A DNA stretch of 51,075 nt, taken from assembly GCF_001194135.2 (NCBI RefSeq), contig NC_068982.1, positions 164,080,076 to 164,131,150 on the forward strand, written 5' to 3'. This document shows, one piece after another, positions 1-12,420 of this stretch. The DNA is from Octopus bimaculoides (taxonomy: Eukaryota). Position numbers and translations under genes: made by a program. The notes below the pieces were generated by a model. That model had not been told where the DNA came from. It did not search any database and saw only the letters and a program-made list of their open reading frames with translations. Numbering within the stretch: the first letter of the stretch is position 1; each line of letters begins with the position of its first letter.

Positions 1-149
1 GTGAGGTAACGGATATACCCATATCACGTGATTTGATGCATTGCATCTCTGTCGTCATCAGTGGATCTTACTGCACTTAACGTTAAGCATAACCCGCCTC
101 GTCAACTCATGAGAAAAACCGTTGAAAGCGTGCCCGGTTTCAGAACGCT

Positions 150-209
150 AGAAGTTCCGTTGATCGGATCAACTCGAATCTTCGTCGTCGTAACCGACGG
201 AGTGTGACG

Positions 210-212
<3 letters not shown>
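150..212 (+). mobile_element. 3' tail of a SINE/LINE retroposon ending on a (TA)n tract
   Basis: CCGTTGATCGGATCAACTCGAATCTTCGTCGTCGTAACCGACGGAGTGTGACGA runs straight into (TA)n; it resembles an octopus SINE 3' end as I recall it. Confidence 0.4.
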
Positions 213-246
<34 letters not shown>

Positions 247-414
247 GCATACATATATACATACCAACACGCGCGCACACACACACACATACACATACAT
301 ATATAGTCAATTCAGCGAACAAACAATTAAAAAGAAAGACGAATGAAAAACGAAGAGAGAAAAAATAAACGAAAAGAGAAAAAAAAGAGAAAACATGAAC
401 GTGAGGACGTGCAC

Positions 415-520
415 AGGAATTGTATTAGTTTGACGCTCGGTGAAAGGTGAGAGTTTTTAATGTTTCGAGCATGACTCTTCGTCGGAAAGGAGAACGGAAA
501 ATGTCCAGAGAAGAAGGAAA
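415..520 (-). mobile_element. PLE 3'-terminal fragment (family 2) with degenerate hammerhead
   Basis: Homologous to 21985-22115 and 43544-43680 through the shared block TGTATTAGTTTGACGCTCGG...TTTCGAG...CTCTTC...GAAAGG. Confidence 0.6.
455..489 (-). ncRNA. Degenerate minimal hammerhead ribozyme motif
   Basis: Minus strand reads CTTT-CCGACGA-A-GAG(TCATG)CTC-GAAAC-ATT-AAAA; the CUGANGA core has a U4->C change. Confidence 0.5.
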
Positions 521-549
521 GATGTTCACGTCTGGTTACATTTCTGAAG

Positions 550-585
<36 letters not shown>

Positions 586-620
586 TGTATGTATGTATGT
601 ATGTATGTATGTATATATAT
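550..620. repeat. (TATG)n/(TA)n microsatellite running into an assembly gap
   Basis: Seen directly. Confidence 0.95.
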
Positions 621-1491
621 NNNNNNNNNNNNNNNNNNNNNNNNNNNNNNNNNNNNNNNNNNNNNNNNNNNNNNNNNNNNNNNNNNNNNNNNNNNNNNNN
701 NNNNNNNNNNNNNNNNNNNNNNNNNNNNNNNNNNNNNNNNNNNNNNNNNNNNNNNNNNNNNNNNNNNNNNNNNNNNNNNNNNNNNNNNNNNNNNNNNNNN
801 NNNNNNNNNNNNNNNNNNNNNNNNNNNNNNNNNNNNNNNNNNNNNNNNNNNNNNNNNNNNNNNNNNNNNNNNNNNNNNNNNNNNNNNNNNNNNNNNNNNN
901 NNNNNNNNNNNNNNNNNNNNNNNNNNNNNNNNNNNNNNNNNNNNNNNNNNNNNNNNNNNNNNNNNNNNNNNNNNNNNNNNNNNNNNNNNNNNNNNNNNNN
1001 NNNNNNNNNNNNNNNNNNNNNNNNNNNNNNNNNNNNNNNNNNNNNNNNNNNNNNNNNNNNNNNNNNNNNNNNNNNNNNNNNNNNNNNNNNNNNNNNNNNN
1101 NNNNNNNNNNNNNNNNNNNNNNNNNNNNNNNNNNNNNNNNNNNNNNNNNNNNNNNNNNNNNNNNNNNNNNNNNNNNNNNNNNNNNNNNNNNNNNNNNNNN
1201 NNNNNNNNNNNNNNNNNNNNNNNNNNNNNNNNNNNNNNNNNNNNNNNNNNNNNNNNNNNNNNNNNNNNNNNNNNNNNNNNNNNNNNNNNNNNNNNNNNNN
1301 NNNNNNNNNNNNNNNNNNNNNNNNNNNNNNNNNNNNNNNNNNNNNNNNNNNNNNNNNNNNNNNNNNNNNNNNNNNNNNNNNNNNNNNNNNNNNNNNNNNN
1401 NNNNNNNNNNNNNNNNNNNNNNNNNNNNNNNNNNNNNNNNNNNNNNNNNNNNNNNNNNNNNNNNNNNNNNNNNNNNNNNNNNNNNNNNNNN
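621..1491. other. Assembly gap (others: 21630-21953, 23640-23649, 25260-25288, 26839-27017, 28500-28940, 32169-32515, 39829-39853, 41012-41932, 43343-43543)
   Basis: N runs, nearly all bordered by simple repeats. Confidence 0.99.
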
Positions 1492-1549
1492 TATATATAT
1501 ATATATATATATATTGTGTGTATGTGTGTTTAAATATGTATAAGCATAA

Positions 1550-1580
<31 letters not shown>

Positions 1581-2373
1581 ATGTATGTTTATATAGTTAT
1601 GTTATATTCTGTAAAGAACGTAGTGGAGTACAGCATAGAGCTCGTCCACCTTCAGATTTACTCTGTGCTATCCAGTAGTAATAATATACGTACTTCCAGG
1701 TTTGCGTTTGGTTATCTCTCTTGTGTGAATAGATAATTGAAACAATTGGAGTCAACAAGGGGTACGGTTGGATATTTATGTTTTAATCACTACAATTATT
1801 TCGATGCAACATAATTTTGCAGGTGTGCAAGTACTTGATTATGCAACTGATTTCCTGGGTTATGAGATTTACTTTCCTCGGGCGATATGTAAATATTGTC
1901 TCCGTAAGTTTAAAATCCTTGGTTTCAAGAACATCCTATCTGGTTGTCGTGGCATATATATATATATATTGATATATATATTGAACTGATGCTGATCTAT
2001 TGAATAGACTCAGGCAGCTCAAAGTGAAGCATGCCTCTTATAAAGGTTGTACAGTATGACGTAAATCAACGCATAAAACAATCTGTTCAGTTAGTGAAGA
2101 ATGTCATTGATGAAGGGAAGTACACTGGAGTTAATATCCTGTAAATCCGAGAGTATCCAAGGTTATATAGAACTTTAAATATAGTGTAATGTAACAATAA
2201 ACCAGATGAATGTATTTTAATTATGTCTACAAATGTTTCATTAAAAGTTACATCTTGGTGTAACATTATAACTCTAGGAATGTATAGACGTGTAATATTC
2301 ACAAAAGTATACAATGCGTTACCTAGAATCTCTCAATTCTTCAGGTTAACCATAATCATAGCAGGTAAATATT

Positions 2374-2572
2374 CTTTTCTACTATAGGCCTCAAGGCACG
2401 AAATTTTTGGGGAGGGGGCCAATCGATTAGATCGACCCCAGTACACAACTGGTACTTTATTTATCGACAGCGAAAGAATGAAATACAAAGTCGGCCTCGG
2501 CGGAATTTGAACTCCGAACGTAAAGACAGACGAAATACCACTAAGCATTTCACCCGGCGTGCTAACGTTTCT
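2374..2572 (-). mobile_element. tRNA-derived octopus OR/OK-type SINE lacking its 5' head (tail type A)
   Basis: Minus strand: AGAAACGTTAGCACGCCGGGTGAAATGCTTAG...GAGTTCAAATTCCGCCGAGG (B box)...GTCGATAAATAAAGTACCAGTTG...GGGGTCGATCTAATCGA, then tail ...GTAGAAAAGAATATT. Confidence 0.8.
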
Positions 2573-2805
2573 TATTTCTTTATTGCCCACAAGGGGCTGA
2601 ACATAGACGGGACAAACAAGGACAGACAAAGGGATTAAGTCGATTACATCGACCCCAGTGCATAACTGGTACTTAATTTATCGACTTCGAAAGGATGAAA
2701 GGCAAAGTCGACCTCGGCGGAATTTAAACCCAGAACGTAACAGCAGACGAAATACCGCTAAGCATTTCGCCCGGCATGCTAGCGTTTCTGCCAGCTCGCT
2801 GCCTT
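2573..2805 (-). mobile_element. Full-length tRNA-derived octopus OR/OK-type SINE (tail type B)
   Basis: Minus-strand head AAGGCAGCGAGCTGGCAGAAACGCTAGC, B-box-like GGTTTAAATTCC, central GTCGACTTTGCCTTTCATCCTTTCGAAGTCGATAAA, tail ...GGCAATAAAGAAATAAG. Confidence 0.85.
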
Positions 2806-2890
2806 AAAGCAGGTAAATATTGATATTCTACTATGTCATTACAAATATGTTGTAATGCCTTCAAAATAGCATCATATCAATATTTCGTCT

Positions 2891-3068
2891 TAAGGTAACG
2901 AGCTGCCAGTATAATTAGAACGACGGGCCAAATACTTAGCGGCATTTCGTCCGCCAATAGGTTCTGTCAGGGGTGATAAAATAAGTACCAGTTGAGCCCT
3001 AGGGTCGATGTAATCGACTTACCCTCTACACGAAATTGCTGTTTTTGTGCCAAAATTTGAAACCAGTA
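2891..3068 (+). mobile_element. Same SINE family, internally deleted copy
   Basis: AAGGTAACGAGCTGCCAG head, then GGGGTGATAAAATAAGTACCAGTTGAG...GGGTCGATGTAATCGACTTA. Confidence 0.75.
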
Positions 3069-4099
3069 TTTTGTTATCGTCGTCGTCATGTATCATACGC
3101 CTGTAGCGCATCGATGAAATTACAATGAAAGTCTTTCCGATTAAGCGCGAGTTCTCCAGCTGCCTTGTCACTTTTGTCCTATCAGCTTATGATGCTTCTC
3201 TTTGAACCTTTTCTTTAAAATGTATGCCGACCCCTCCAGTTAAATGTGTAACTGGTTTAGTTTTCCAATTATATATAAGAAAAACACTTTTACTTAACAA
3301 CGTAGCACTATTCAAACCGAATTAAAAAAAATATACCTTATATCACGTGGAATTTTGCTAACGGGATCTAGGCTGACAGTAAGAACAATACCACTGACGA
3401 AAGCAGCACTAAAGTACCAGTAAGCTATCTCCTCTCATTACACCTAAACGAAAATCTAGATCGATGCTATGAAGAATCCCGTGACGATCCTTCTATCGGA
3501 TATATGAAGCGGTTAAAAAAAATACTGGGGCGAAGCTCACCCCAACTGAAGCACCTTTACTGCGAAATAACTTCGGCAACAAGAATCTTTCTTTTAAATA
3601 ATGAACTACTCTCGTGATTAAATCGATCTTCTCAAAACACTGAGAACTGGCCAAAACCTGCCAGAAAAGAGATCGAAAATAATGTAAACAAACCACTGCC
3701 GCCATCACTAAATCCGCGTGATCTCCAAATATAGCTGAATCAACAGAGACAACTGTGGAATGTATTCAGTTTAGAAACATCCTGAAACCGCAGTTCGTAG
3801 AAAGCTTTTTTTACTTTTTTGAAAATTTCGATACGCAACAGACCGTTCTTAACAAGATTAAGAGAAAATCCAACAACTCTAACTTTGAAAGTTAGTGAAT
3901 CATGAGATGTTAATTACTGGAATATTAATACTCTCACATACACAACTACTATCACTCTTAAAGAACACCTAGGAGAAATCTGCAGTATAAAAAAAAAAAC
4001 ATGAAGAAAATAACAATCTGCGTCACCATATTGGACGGTTAACCATAGTAAAATGTAAGAGGAATAATGAATTTACACCTCATCAATTATATCTTTCGA

Positions 4100-6115
4100 A
4101 TAAATTAACAAAACTTTATACTGACTCGTCACACCAAGCTTTCAAGAGAATGTTAATTACTCTAAAACACGAACTCATGGCGCTGATCGAAAATCTTCGC
4201 TACCGCAGGCGAAGTTTTGAACGAGTCTGTATAAATCATGCTTGCATCTTACCAACAGACATTATGCAGAGAGACAGGAAGGAGAATATTACCGTTAAGT
4301 CACATACTCCACTTTCAAGATGTTGAAACTTTCTGGTTGAAAGCCTGGAACGAAAAGAGGAATTACAACCTTAATGCATCGTGGCTAAATGTAATAAGGA
4401 GAGAATAATGTACCTACATCAACAGTAAAACATATGCAATTAACCCGGAGACATCCACCATTGCTGTAGGTAAACTGCATAATCGAAGAGACCTAATAGT
4501 ATACTGCATAATGGAAGATACCTGGAATGGACCTAATAGTTGGATACTGCTACAAGAGGCTGACATTTTACAGGAAATCACTAACATGTATATTCAGAAG
4601 TACTACGGAATCTCAGATTGACATACCAAATTGGGTTGCTATAGAACGCACACTTCTTGTAGCCAAGTATGAAACCATCAATCTGGCAGAAAACTATAGG
4701 CGCATTGTTTGCCTAAACCTTATGTACAGACGGTACACAAGATGTCTCAATCAATTCCTCCAGGCTCATTGTGAGTTCAAGATCATTGTGGAGGATGAGC
4801 AGACTGGTGAAAAGAAAAGTGTGTGGGGATGTGCTGAATAACTTTGTAGAAACATAAATGTACTTTTTGAAGTAGGAGACTTGCAACAACATGGCTTGGT
4901 TATAGAAAGGCATTTGAGTCTATACTCTACTCATAGCTGCTGAAGTATCTTCATTTGGCAAAAATATCTGCCACATTAATTCCTGGCATTTAGAGGTTCG
5001 CAAAGATCTGGGCAGCAATTTTTACTCTTAGAACTGCGAGCTGAACGTTCGTCTCCAATGTTATAAGCATTTCGAAGGGAATATTCTTGGAGATTTGGGT
5101 AACTCTGCTCATTTTGGAATTAAATACATTATCAGTCCTACTACAAAAACCAAATGGTGACATTTTAGGGGTTACAGCTGCTACAGATATTAATGTAACC
5201 ATAATCTCCTTGTGGATGATCTGAAGATTTATGCTAAGGATATTAACAAAGCCTCCCCCCCCCCAAAAAAAAACACCCGGAATTATTAACATTTTCAGCT
5301 GACACAGGAATGAATTTGGCCCTCCAAAATGATCATATTTGATTGCTAAACTGGAAAAATCAGTTTCCAGGCTCAAAACCTGTGCTTGAATGATCTCACT
5401 ACCTTTCCTGTCCGACACAAAGGATAACTACAGGTAACTAGACATTGATGAAAACATATATAACTGAATAAAGTTAGAGTGACCCGAGAATATCATACCA
5501 GACTTAGAAAAATATGGCAGTAGGAACTCTTCTTTTAAAATTAGACAATATCCCCCAATGTGTTTACAGTAACAGTGCTGATCTCATAATTCGGAAAACT
5601 TGACTGGTCTGTAGTAGAAATCTACTCCATAAACGTTAAAACCCGCAAAATACTAAGCCTCAGAAAAAGTGATATCAATTGGCTCTACCTAAGAAGAGAT
5701 AAAGTAGGTAGAAGCTTGAAACAAACCTCGAATGTCGTATAGTCTCTCTCAAATAGCACTTCCTAAACGATATGAGTAGAAAACATACATTAACTTAGTA
5801 CTGAAAAGTAAAGAGAACAATATTCTACGTGTCGGCAGCTCCTTAGGAAGCATTCTCTTGATGAACTTGCGTACAATCCAAAAGCAGCTGGACTAACATA
5901 CATCAAAGGAGACCTGAATGTGAAAAAATCAGCATACCAAAAAAAGACAATGCATGGATATGTTTCCCGAAGACGTGAAGAAGACAGTAATATTGACATG
6001 AAGCAAAGTTTCTCTTGAACTCGTGACCACTTTTGCAACACAACATTTCGAAAGATATGCATTTGCAACCCCAAAACAGGACACTGCAAAGAAATACCTG
6101 TCTTCAAACGATATA
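4100..6115 (+). mobile_element. Decayed R4/Dong-clade non-LTR retrotransposon (RT region, 3' end truncated before the REL domain)
   Basis: Motifs across frameshifts: FWLKAWNEKRNYNLNASWL; PGMDLIVGYCYKRL; IPNWVAIERTLLVAK...AENYRRIVCLNLMY; EQTGEKKSVWGCAE; TWLGYRKAFES; KGIFLGD; HNLLVDDLKIYAK; GKLDWSVVEIYSINVKTRKIL; SDINWLYLRRDKVGRSL. Confidence 0.8.
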
Positions 6116-6199
6116 TAGTTGAATATTCTTTTGCTTCGTCTGTTATATCAATGATACACTAGAATTAAAAGGTGACTATAACAGTAAATGTAATTCTCT

Positions 6200-7000
6200 A
6201 TTAGTTTAGTCTATTCTACAATATTTGTTTTTCTAGAAATATAGTAAGAGCACTGTAGCTCCTGGTTTCCACTAGTTTTTTCAGAAAATTTATAATCCTA
6301 ATGGCATTGTTGTTTTTTCTACTAAAGGCTACACAAAAAATACGCACGAATATTCGCATTCAAATCTGCATCAAACTTCATGTATATACTTGATCTTTTT
6401 CTGTATTACTCTCTTTCTCTCTTTCATCTTTTTTCATTTAATATTTTTCAGATAAATAGCTTTGAAACCTTATATATTGTTTCATTTCCTTTAACGTCCT
6501 TGCATTACACTTTCAGCGTGAAGGGATGGAATTCGCAGGCGAAAATCGATCTCGTATAGAACAATATGGCATAAAGGTGCAATTAATAAAAAAAGGATAA
6601 AGACAGAACAATATCAAGTAAACAGTCACACATTGTAAAACAAATGTTAAACCTGCTTTTCTGAGGTATTCAACATTGACATTTAAGTTACAATTTGCGT
6701 AAAGGTTAACATTAACAACAAAAGGTTTTTATGTAGAAGGAATAGATCTGCCTTGAAATGTAGCGTTCCATCAATTCTGCAGCACCATTGAACCAATAGA
6801 TGAGCGCATTACAACGTCACTTCAGATGGTAGAAAATGAAAGGTTGTATGCTCTCAGAGTTAGCAAGTGATATAATAGGAAATTGAAAACAAATGACGAT
6901 ATCTTATACAGGAACACAATCCTTGAAAACAAAAGAAAGTATTTAAAAGAAAGTCAGTGGAATTTCGTTCATTATGAATTACCAAATTTCAGATATTCAA
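6200..7000 (-). pseudogene. Putative decayed intronless class A GPCR
   Basis: Minus strand, in the expected order with stops and frameshifts: FGNS (TM1-like); SSIGSMVL//LMERYIS (TM3 ERY, ~6760-6800); FLLIAPLCHIVLYEIDFRLR (TM5-like); MRIFVRIFCVAF (TM6-like). AT-rich DNA gives hydrophobic translations by chance. Confidence 0.4.
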
Positions 7001-8397
7001 TAATGGGGTTGGTGATTTCATTATATTGTCTTTCTTGTTAAACAATTTCTATTTCTATTAGCTCTTTTCTTCAGATGAACAGAAACATTTGAAAAATATA
7101 ATGGGCAATAAAAGAAGCCATTAAACGTAATTGGAGAATACATACCAGTGTGATGTCTCAGAAATATCCATATAAATTGAAATTATATGCGGGCAGATAA
7201 AACACTTCATCTTATGTGCCGATTTTGTATATTATAAAATATAGTTATTTTCCATGTTTTCAACAAAAAAAAGTGCTTTACAAGGATGAAATATATACCA
7301 TAACTTTGAAACATGTGATACTGGGAAAAGTTTCTCTTTAGAAACAATTCTACATTATTTAAGACAGTGGAAATGAATATTTTTCTAACTTATAATACCT
7401 TCTGAAAGTATTTCATAAAACTATTTTTAGTCATTAATACTCATGCTGACGCTATCAAACGTGTACATAGTTACTTTGAAACATAAGAGGAGAGAAATGG
7501 TGTGCTGAACTTATTGAATGTCGCCTATCTTGGTGGTACCAACATATATAAAAGTATTCAAATAGGCAACAATACTTCTTATATTTTGTCGTCTGCATAA
7601 AATAAATAAATGATAATCAATGGATAAATAATTCTTTATCTAAAGGGTTATGGTAATCGATCAATGAGGCCATAATTGTTTCTCCAGTTTGCTGTTTCAA
7701 ATATCACTTCTAATATTTGAATTATGGTTAGTCTACTCGGTTATTACACAATACAACGTATTTAGTTAAGTTAGTGTTAAGTTAGGGGATTAACAATTTT
7801 ACTAGAAATAATTATGGTATAAAGAAAAACAATGATTAATAGGAGTTTTATTACTTCAGCTAGTGCAGCGAACAATTCTGCATATGTTTCTGGCTTAAAT
7901 AATGATTTTATCAGTGAAGTATTGACTTTACCATTCTTTCCGAAAGAGTTAATTTATGCGTCTGCATTTTAATTGATGTAGAAGCAGAGACATGTTTAAA
8001 GTATAAATGATTCTAAGAAGTAAACATCGCAAAAAGTAACACTTAATTTAGCGTTAAAATATTTTGCTTCGAAGTGCATCAAAATTCTCGTCAAATTATT
8101 TCGATATAAATTTTATCTTTATATTTTTGATGAGTGACAGGTTATGTAACATGAACCATCAACACTTCTGCCGAATTCTTATCATCAGATAGCTTGGGGT
8201 GAAAGTAAATTTAACCTCTATATTTGCGTAAAGAATTTCTGTTAATATTTAGTCCCTGGTGAGCTCAGATTCACAAAGATTATAATAAACCTGTGCAGAA
8301 AGAGAATGTGTCATCTGCAGCTATTACTTGAGCGTAGAATTATTAGTGATTTCATGTATGTTGGGGCAGATATACACTGTCGTACACCACATCCATA

Positions 8398-10168
8398 TTG
8401 GAAGACACAACATATCATGAAAAGGCCCAACACTACAGTCAGCAGAAAACAATGAGAGACCTAAAATCCATGTTAAACCTATACAGAGAAGGGTTCACCG
8501 ACAAAGACTATGACTATATGACAAATTTCAAAAGTAAAACCAGTCAATTCTACGATATTCCCAAGATACACAAAAGTGAGAAAATAAGTAACGCATGCAA
8601 AATAGTCACAGACATAATAATAATTGTCCCTACTTCTAATGACCTCAAATTGAGACCCATAATAGCAGGTACGCATGCGAAACCCACCATCTTAGTAACC
8701 TTTAGATACCCTCTTAAAACCATTCCTCAAGTAAGTCAAAATCTATATAAGGGACGACTTGGATACGCTCAATCACCTTCCTAAAACAATAAACAAAAAC
8801 ACCCTACTAGTATCCTTCGATATAGTCAGCCTCTATTCCAATATCCCCCACAACCTAGGAATAGTGGCAATTCAATTCTGCCTAGAGAATTACGCCAACG
8901 AACTCCCACATCGCATCAAAAAGAATTCGTGATAGAAGGGCTAAAATGCATCCTAAAAAAAAATACTTCGTCTTCAAAGACAACTTCTATCGACGAAAAT
9001 CGGGGACTGCGATGGGTACGAGAATGACCCCTTCCTTTACTAAACTAGTCATGAGATATCTAGAAATTAGTCTTTATAGTAATGTTCTTGAAAAATACGG
9101 CAGCCCATTCTCCCTCTACATAGAAAATAACTGGAAGAGATACCTGGATGACTGTTTCATTCTTTGGCATGAAAATATAAAGAAACTTAAAAGAATTCCA
9201 AGCACTTATAAATGGACTTGTCGTAAACATTCAATTCGCGATGGAATATAGCCAGCAACAACTTCCCTTCCTCGACATCCTCATTAAGAAATCTAATAAC
9301 GTAATAGAAACAGATACATGCTATAAGCTTTTGGACTCCAAGCAATATCTACCGTTCAACTCATGCTACCCCAGACACACCAGAATGAATATCCCCTTCA
9401 ACTTAGCAAAAAGTATATGTAGTATAGTTTCTAATGCAAACACCAGAGGCACACGACTACATGAACTAAAGGATACACTCATCACCAGGAACTACCCACC
9501 TTCACTACTTGACATATGCTTTCAACTCAACATCCAGGAACTCAGATATCCCAAATTAAAGAAGGATTTACAACCAAAATTCATACCATACATCTCCAAA
9601 CACATCCTTCTTAACAATGAAGCTTTCGACACCATCCTTCAAAACATTACCCTGCTAAAAAACGACCACAGAATGAACTTAATCCTCCAAACACACACCA
9701 TCATAAAAAGCAAGAGGCAACCCAAATCTATGAAAAGTTTCCTAACACTAGCCCGAATACGCTCAACAACAACACAGAAGCCGTCAGTAAAAAGATGCGG
9801 AAGACCCAACTGTGGGATATGCGTCAATTTAATTGAAGGGTCAGAGTTCTCCTTCAAACTGGGACAACGTTTCAGTGAAAAGCAACTTCACATGTGCTTC
9901 GGAGAACCTGATATAAGCACTAACCTTCTCTGGGTGTCAAGAGCAATACATAAGCCAAACAAAAAACAGTCTACGTAAAAGAATGGCTCTGCACAGATCC
10001 CAGATCAAAATTCTCCAAAACAGAAAAAATAGCATTCAGCCAACGCATAGACAAAAATCCAAGCTTCAGAATTTTTCCCTTCTACCAATTCTGGGACGAT
10101 ACAACATGTAGCCAACGAATTAGTAAAGAGAGTCTCTATACGAAAAAATTCAACTGAAACCTAAATCT
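8398..10168 (+). mobile_element. Decayed PLE (RT plus C-terminal GIY-YIG), Naiad-like, 5' truncated
   Basis: FYDIPKIHKS; DLKLRPIIAG; LVSFDIVSLYSNIP; SGTAMGTRMTP; WKRYLDDCFILW; LPFLDILI; CGRPNCGIC linker; FTCASENLI*AL..GCQEQYISQTKNSLRKRMALHRSQI; RIFPFYQF. Confidence 0.9.
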
Positions 10169-10400
10169 AAAGATGAATTGTTTCGATTATTGCGTGAAAA
10201 GTGGGTAGAAATTCCACAAGAGACAATCACAAAGCTCATCAGTTCAATGTCAAAAAGAGTTTCTGAATTAAAAACTGCAAAGGGAGTATCAACTAAATAC
10301 TAACGTATATAGTCCTACCAATTGATTACATTTGAATTGTTCGCTTTGTGTATTAAATAGAAAATTTTGAAAATTAAAGGTGTCTATTTACTTCCTGCAT
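10169..10400 (+). mobile_element. Tc1-like transposon 3' fragment (transposase C-terminus plus 3' end)
   Basis: 10169-10303 translates to KDELFRLLREKWVEIPQETITKLISSMSKRVSELKTAKGVSTKY*, the typical Tc1 C-terminal W..IP....L..SM..R....AKG..TKY pattern. Confidence 0.8.
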
Positions 10401-10679
10401 GTCTGTGCACACACCCTCACATATGCGCGCGCGCACAAAACACACATTTATAATTGCGTGAATGAGCAACATTTGTGCGGTTATTACTATTGATGTGGTT
10501 TATGGAGTTGAGAATGATCCTAAACATTATTTTGCCCATGATTATGATAATGGCATTGATGATTGTTGTACTATCATCAGCATCAGTTTTCTATCATCAT
10601 TTGTGTGTTTGTTAGTGGTCAGCATGTTTAGTTAAATACACACACGTGTATGTGTGTGTGTGTGTGTCTGTGTACAGTT

Positions 10680-10888
10680 GAGGGTGCTGAAAAGTTCCTG
10701 GCTTTGGGCAAAAGAGAATACAGAAGGATGAATTAGTTATGGTTTTATCCATATCCCTCTCTCAGATTCACACACTTATTTCAGAGGTCCCTCAGCTTCT
10801 CTAAGCCTTCTATAAGAACCCGGAAGGTTGAGCCTCTAACCAGGCCTATCGTGATAGGCCCTTAAAGCCAAGAACCTTTCAGCACCTC
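10680..10888. mobile_element. mariner-type MITE (~210 bp)
   Basis: Terminal inverted repeats GAGGGTGCTGAAAAGTTCCTGGCTTT ... AAAGCCAAGAACCTTTCAGCACCTC; no internal ORF. Confidence 0.75.
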
Positions 10889-10899
10889 TTCTTACATAT

Positions 10900-11035
10900 A
10901 CGCATGTATGTGTATACATGTGTGTGTGTGTATGTATGTAAGCATGTGCATGTATGTGAGTATGTATGTATGTATGTATGTATGTATGTGTGTATGTATG
11001 TATGTATGTATGTATGTATGTATGTATGTATGAAT
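10900..11035. repeat. (TATG)n/(TG)n microsatellite
   Basis: Seen directly. Confidence 0.9.
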
Positions 11036-11947
11036 GAATCTTTATACGTTTACATGTGTAGTACGTCTATATATGTGAATAGTCATCGTTCTCAGATTAA
11101 AGATACTTTAGAAATTCTTTATTTTAGGAAATTATTGATACCTTTAGTATTGATCAACATTTAAAACCAGAATTAAGGAAAGTTAGTTACCGTAATCTCT
11201 CTCTTTTATTTGACTGTGTCACTTAAGTCAAAAGTTTAGCTTCCTTTGGGACAGAACACTTTCAGAATATAGATACACGTGTGCAAAATGTTGTCGAGTA
11301 TAACATTACCAGCCATCAGTTGATAAATGAATTCATATCGCATAAGCGATGTTAAGACATTAAAAAACAGACAGATAAACTATGGCTATGAGGATTAGTT
11401 ATGTTTGATGTTAATATTTAGTGGAAATGATCGAAAATGGAAACAGCTTCAAGCATTTGTTGGGATTCTGATGCTTTTGATATAATAGAATAGCCATTAA
11501 CCGAAATATCAAACTAGTTTGATTTAGTATCTTGTAATACTACTCACTTCCTGCACATTGAAGACATCTATGAACCCTCAAAGACCTTTGCCCTATGAAC
11601 TAAGCAATCAAATTTAGTAATTATCTTGTTATTCATCCATTTATTTCAGATTTTTAAATAGCTTTTTTATTGCTTTCTTTGTTGTTTTGTGGTATGTTTG
11701 TATATCGGAGCTATTCTGGTTGATCAGAAGGATTTTCTGATATTCAATTAAGTTAGTTGCCTTATTACCAAAGCAACAGACTATTACGTTTTGATGTGAA
11801 TATATATTTGAAAGAGATGGAGAAAGAGTAAAAGAGATACTTATACAGAGAGATGTATAGAGAAATAGAGAGAGAGGGGAGGTTGAAATGAAAGAGAGGT
11901 GAAAGACAAACATAACACCAGACTCTTGGACAATCGGGGATAGAGAC

Positions 11948-11986
<39 letters not shown>

Positions 11987-12420
11987 TACATATAAACGAA
12001 GAAATATATTAAAATGGCATCAGACTAGTGCAGTCAACTGCTTTATTGGAGCTTTTTTTTCTTTTGAGGTAAGTATGAACGTCGCAAAACATCGTTTCAT
12101 TTTTATATTCAAATTTGATAAGGTTACATACAGCAAATTTCTTATGAGATTTACTTAAGATGCGGAAAATGCATACAACCTTTATTTTATCATTAAAGTT
12201 ATCGTAGAAAACTTTTTCACTGTACCATGAAATGAATTTTACGCGTAGAAATTATAGCAGTACAACTAAAATTAAGAGAAACACCATCTGTTTCAGTTGG
12301 CAGAAACTCCTTTACTAATATTCAGCAGTTCAAATCTCAACTCTCAACTCCAAATTTGTATCTAATGATGCAATTAATGTTCAATTTAATTATTTTTTTA
12401 AGTTGATGTACTTTCCTGTT

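Noticed and set aside
447-1736. Long ORFs (up to 429 aa) in the track, and similar ones at 21.4-22.0, 26.7-27.2, 28.5-29.1, 32.0-32.6, 40.8-42.0 and 43.3-43.7 kb
   Set aside because: They are artefacts of N-gaps plus stop-free (TA), (CA) and (TATG) microsatellites.
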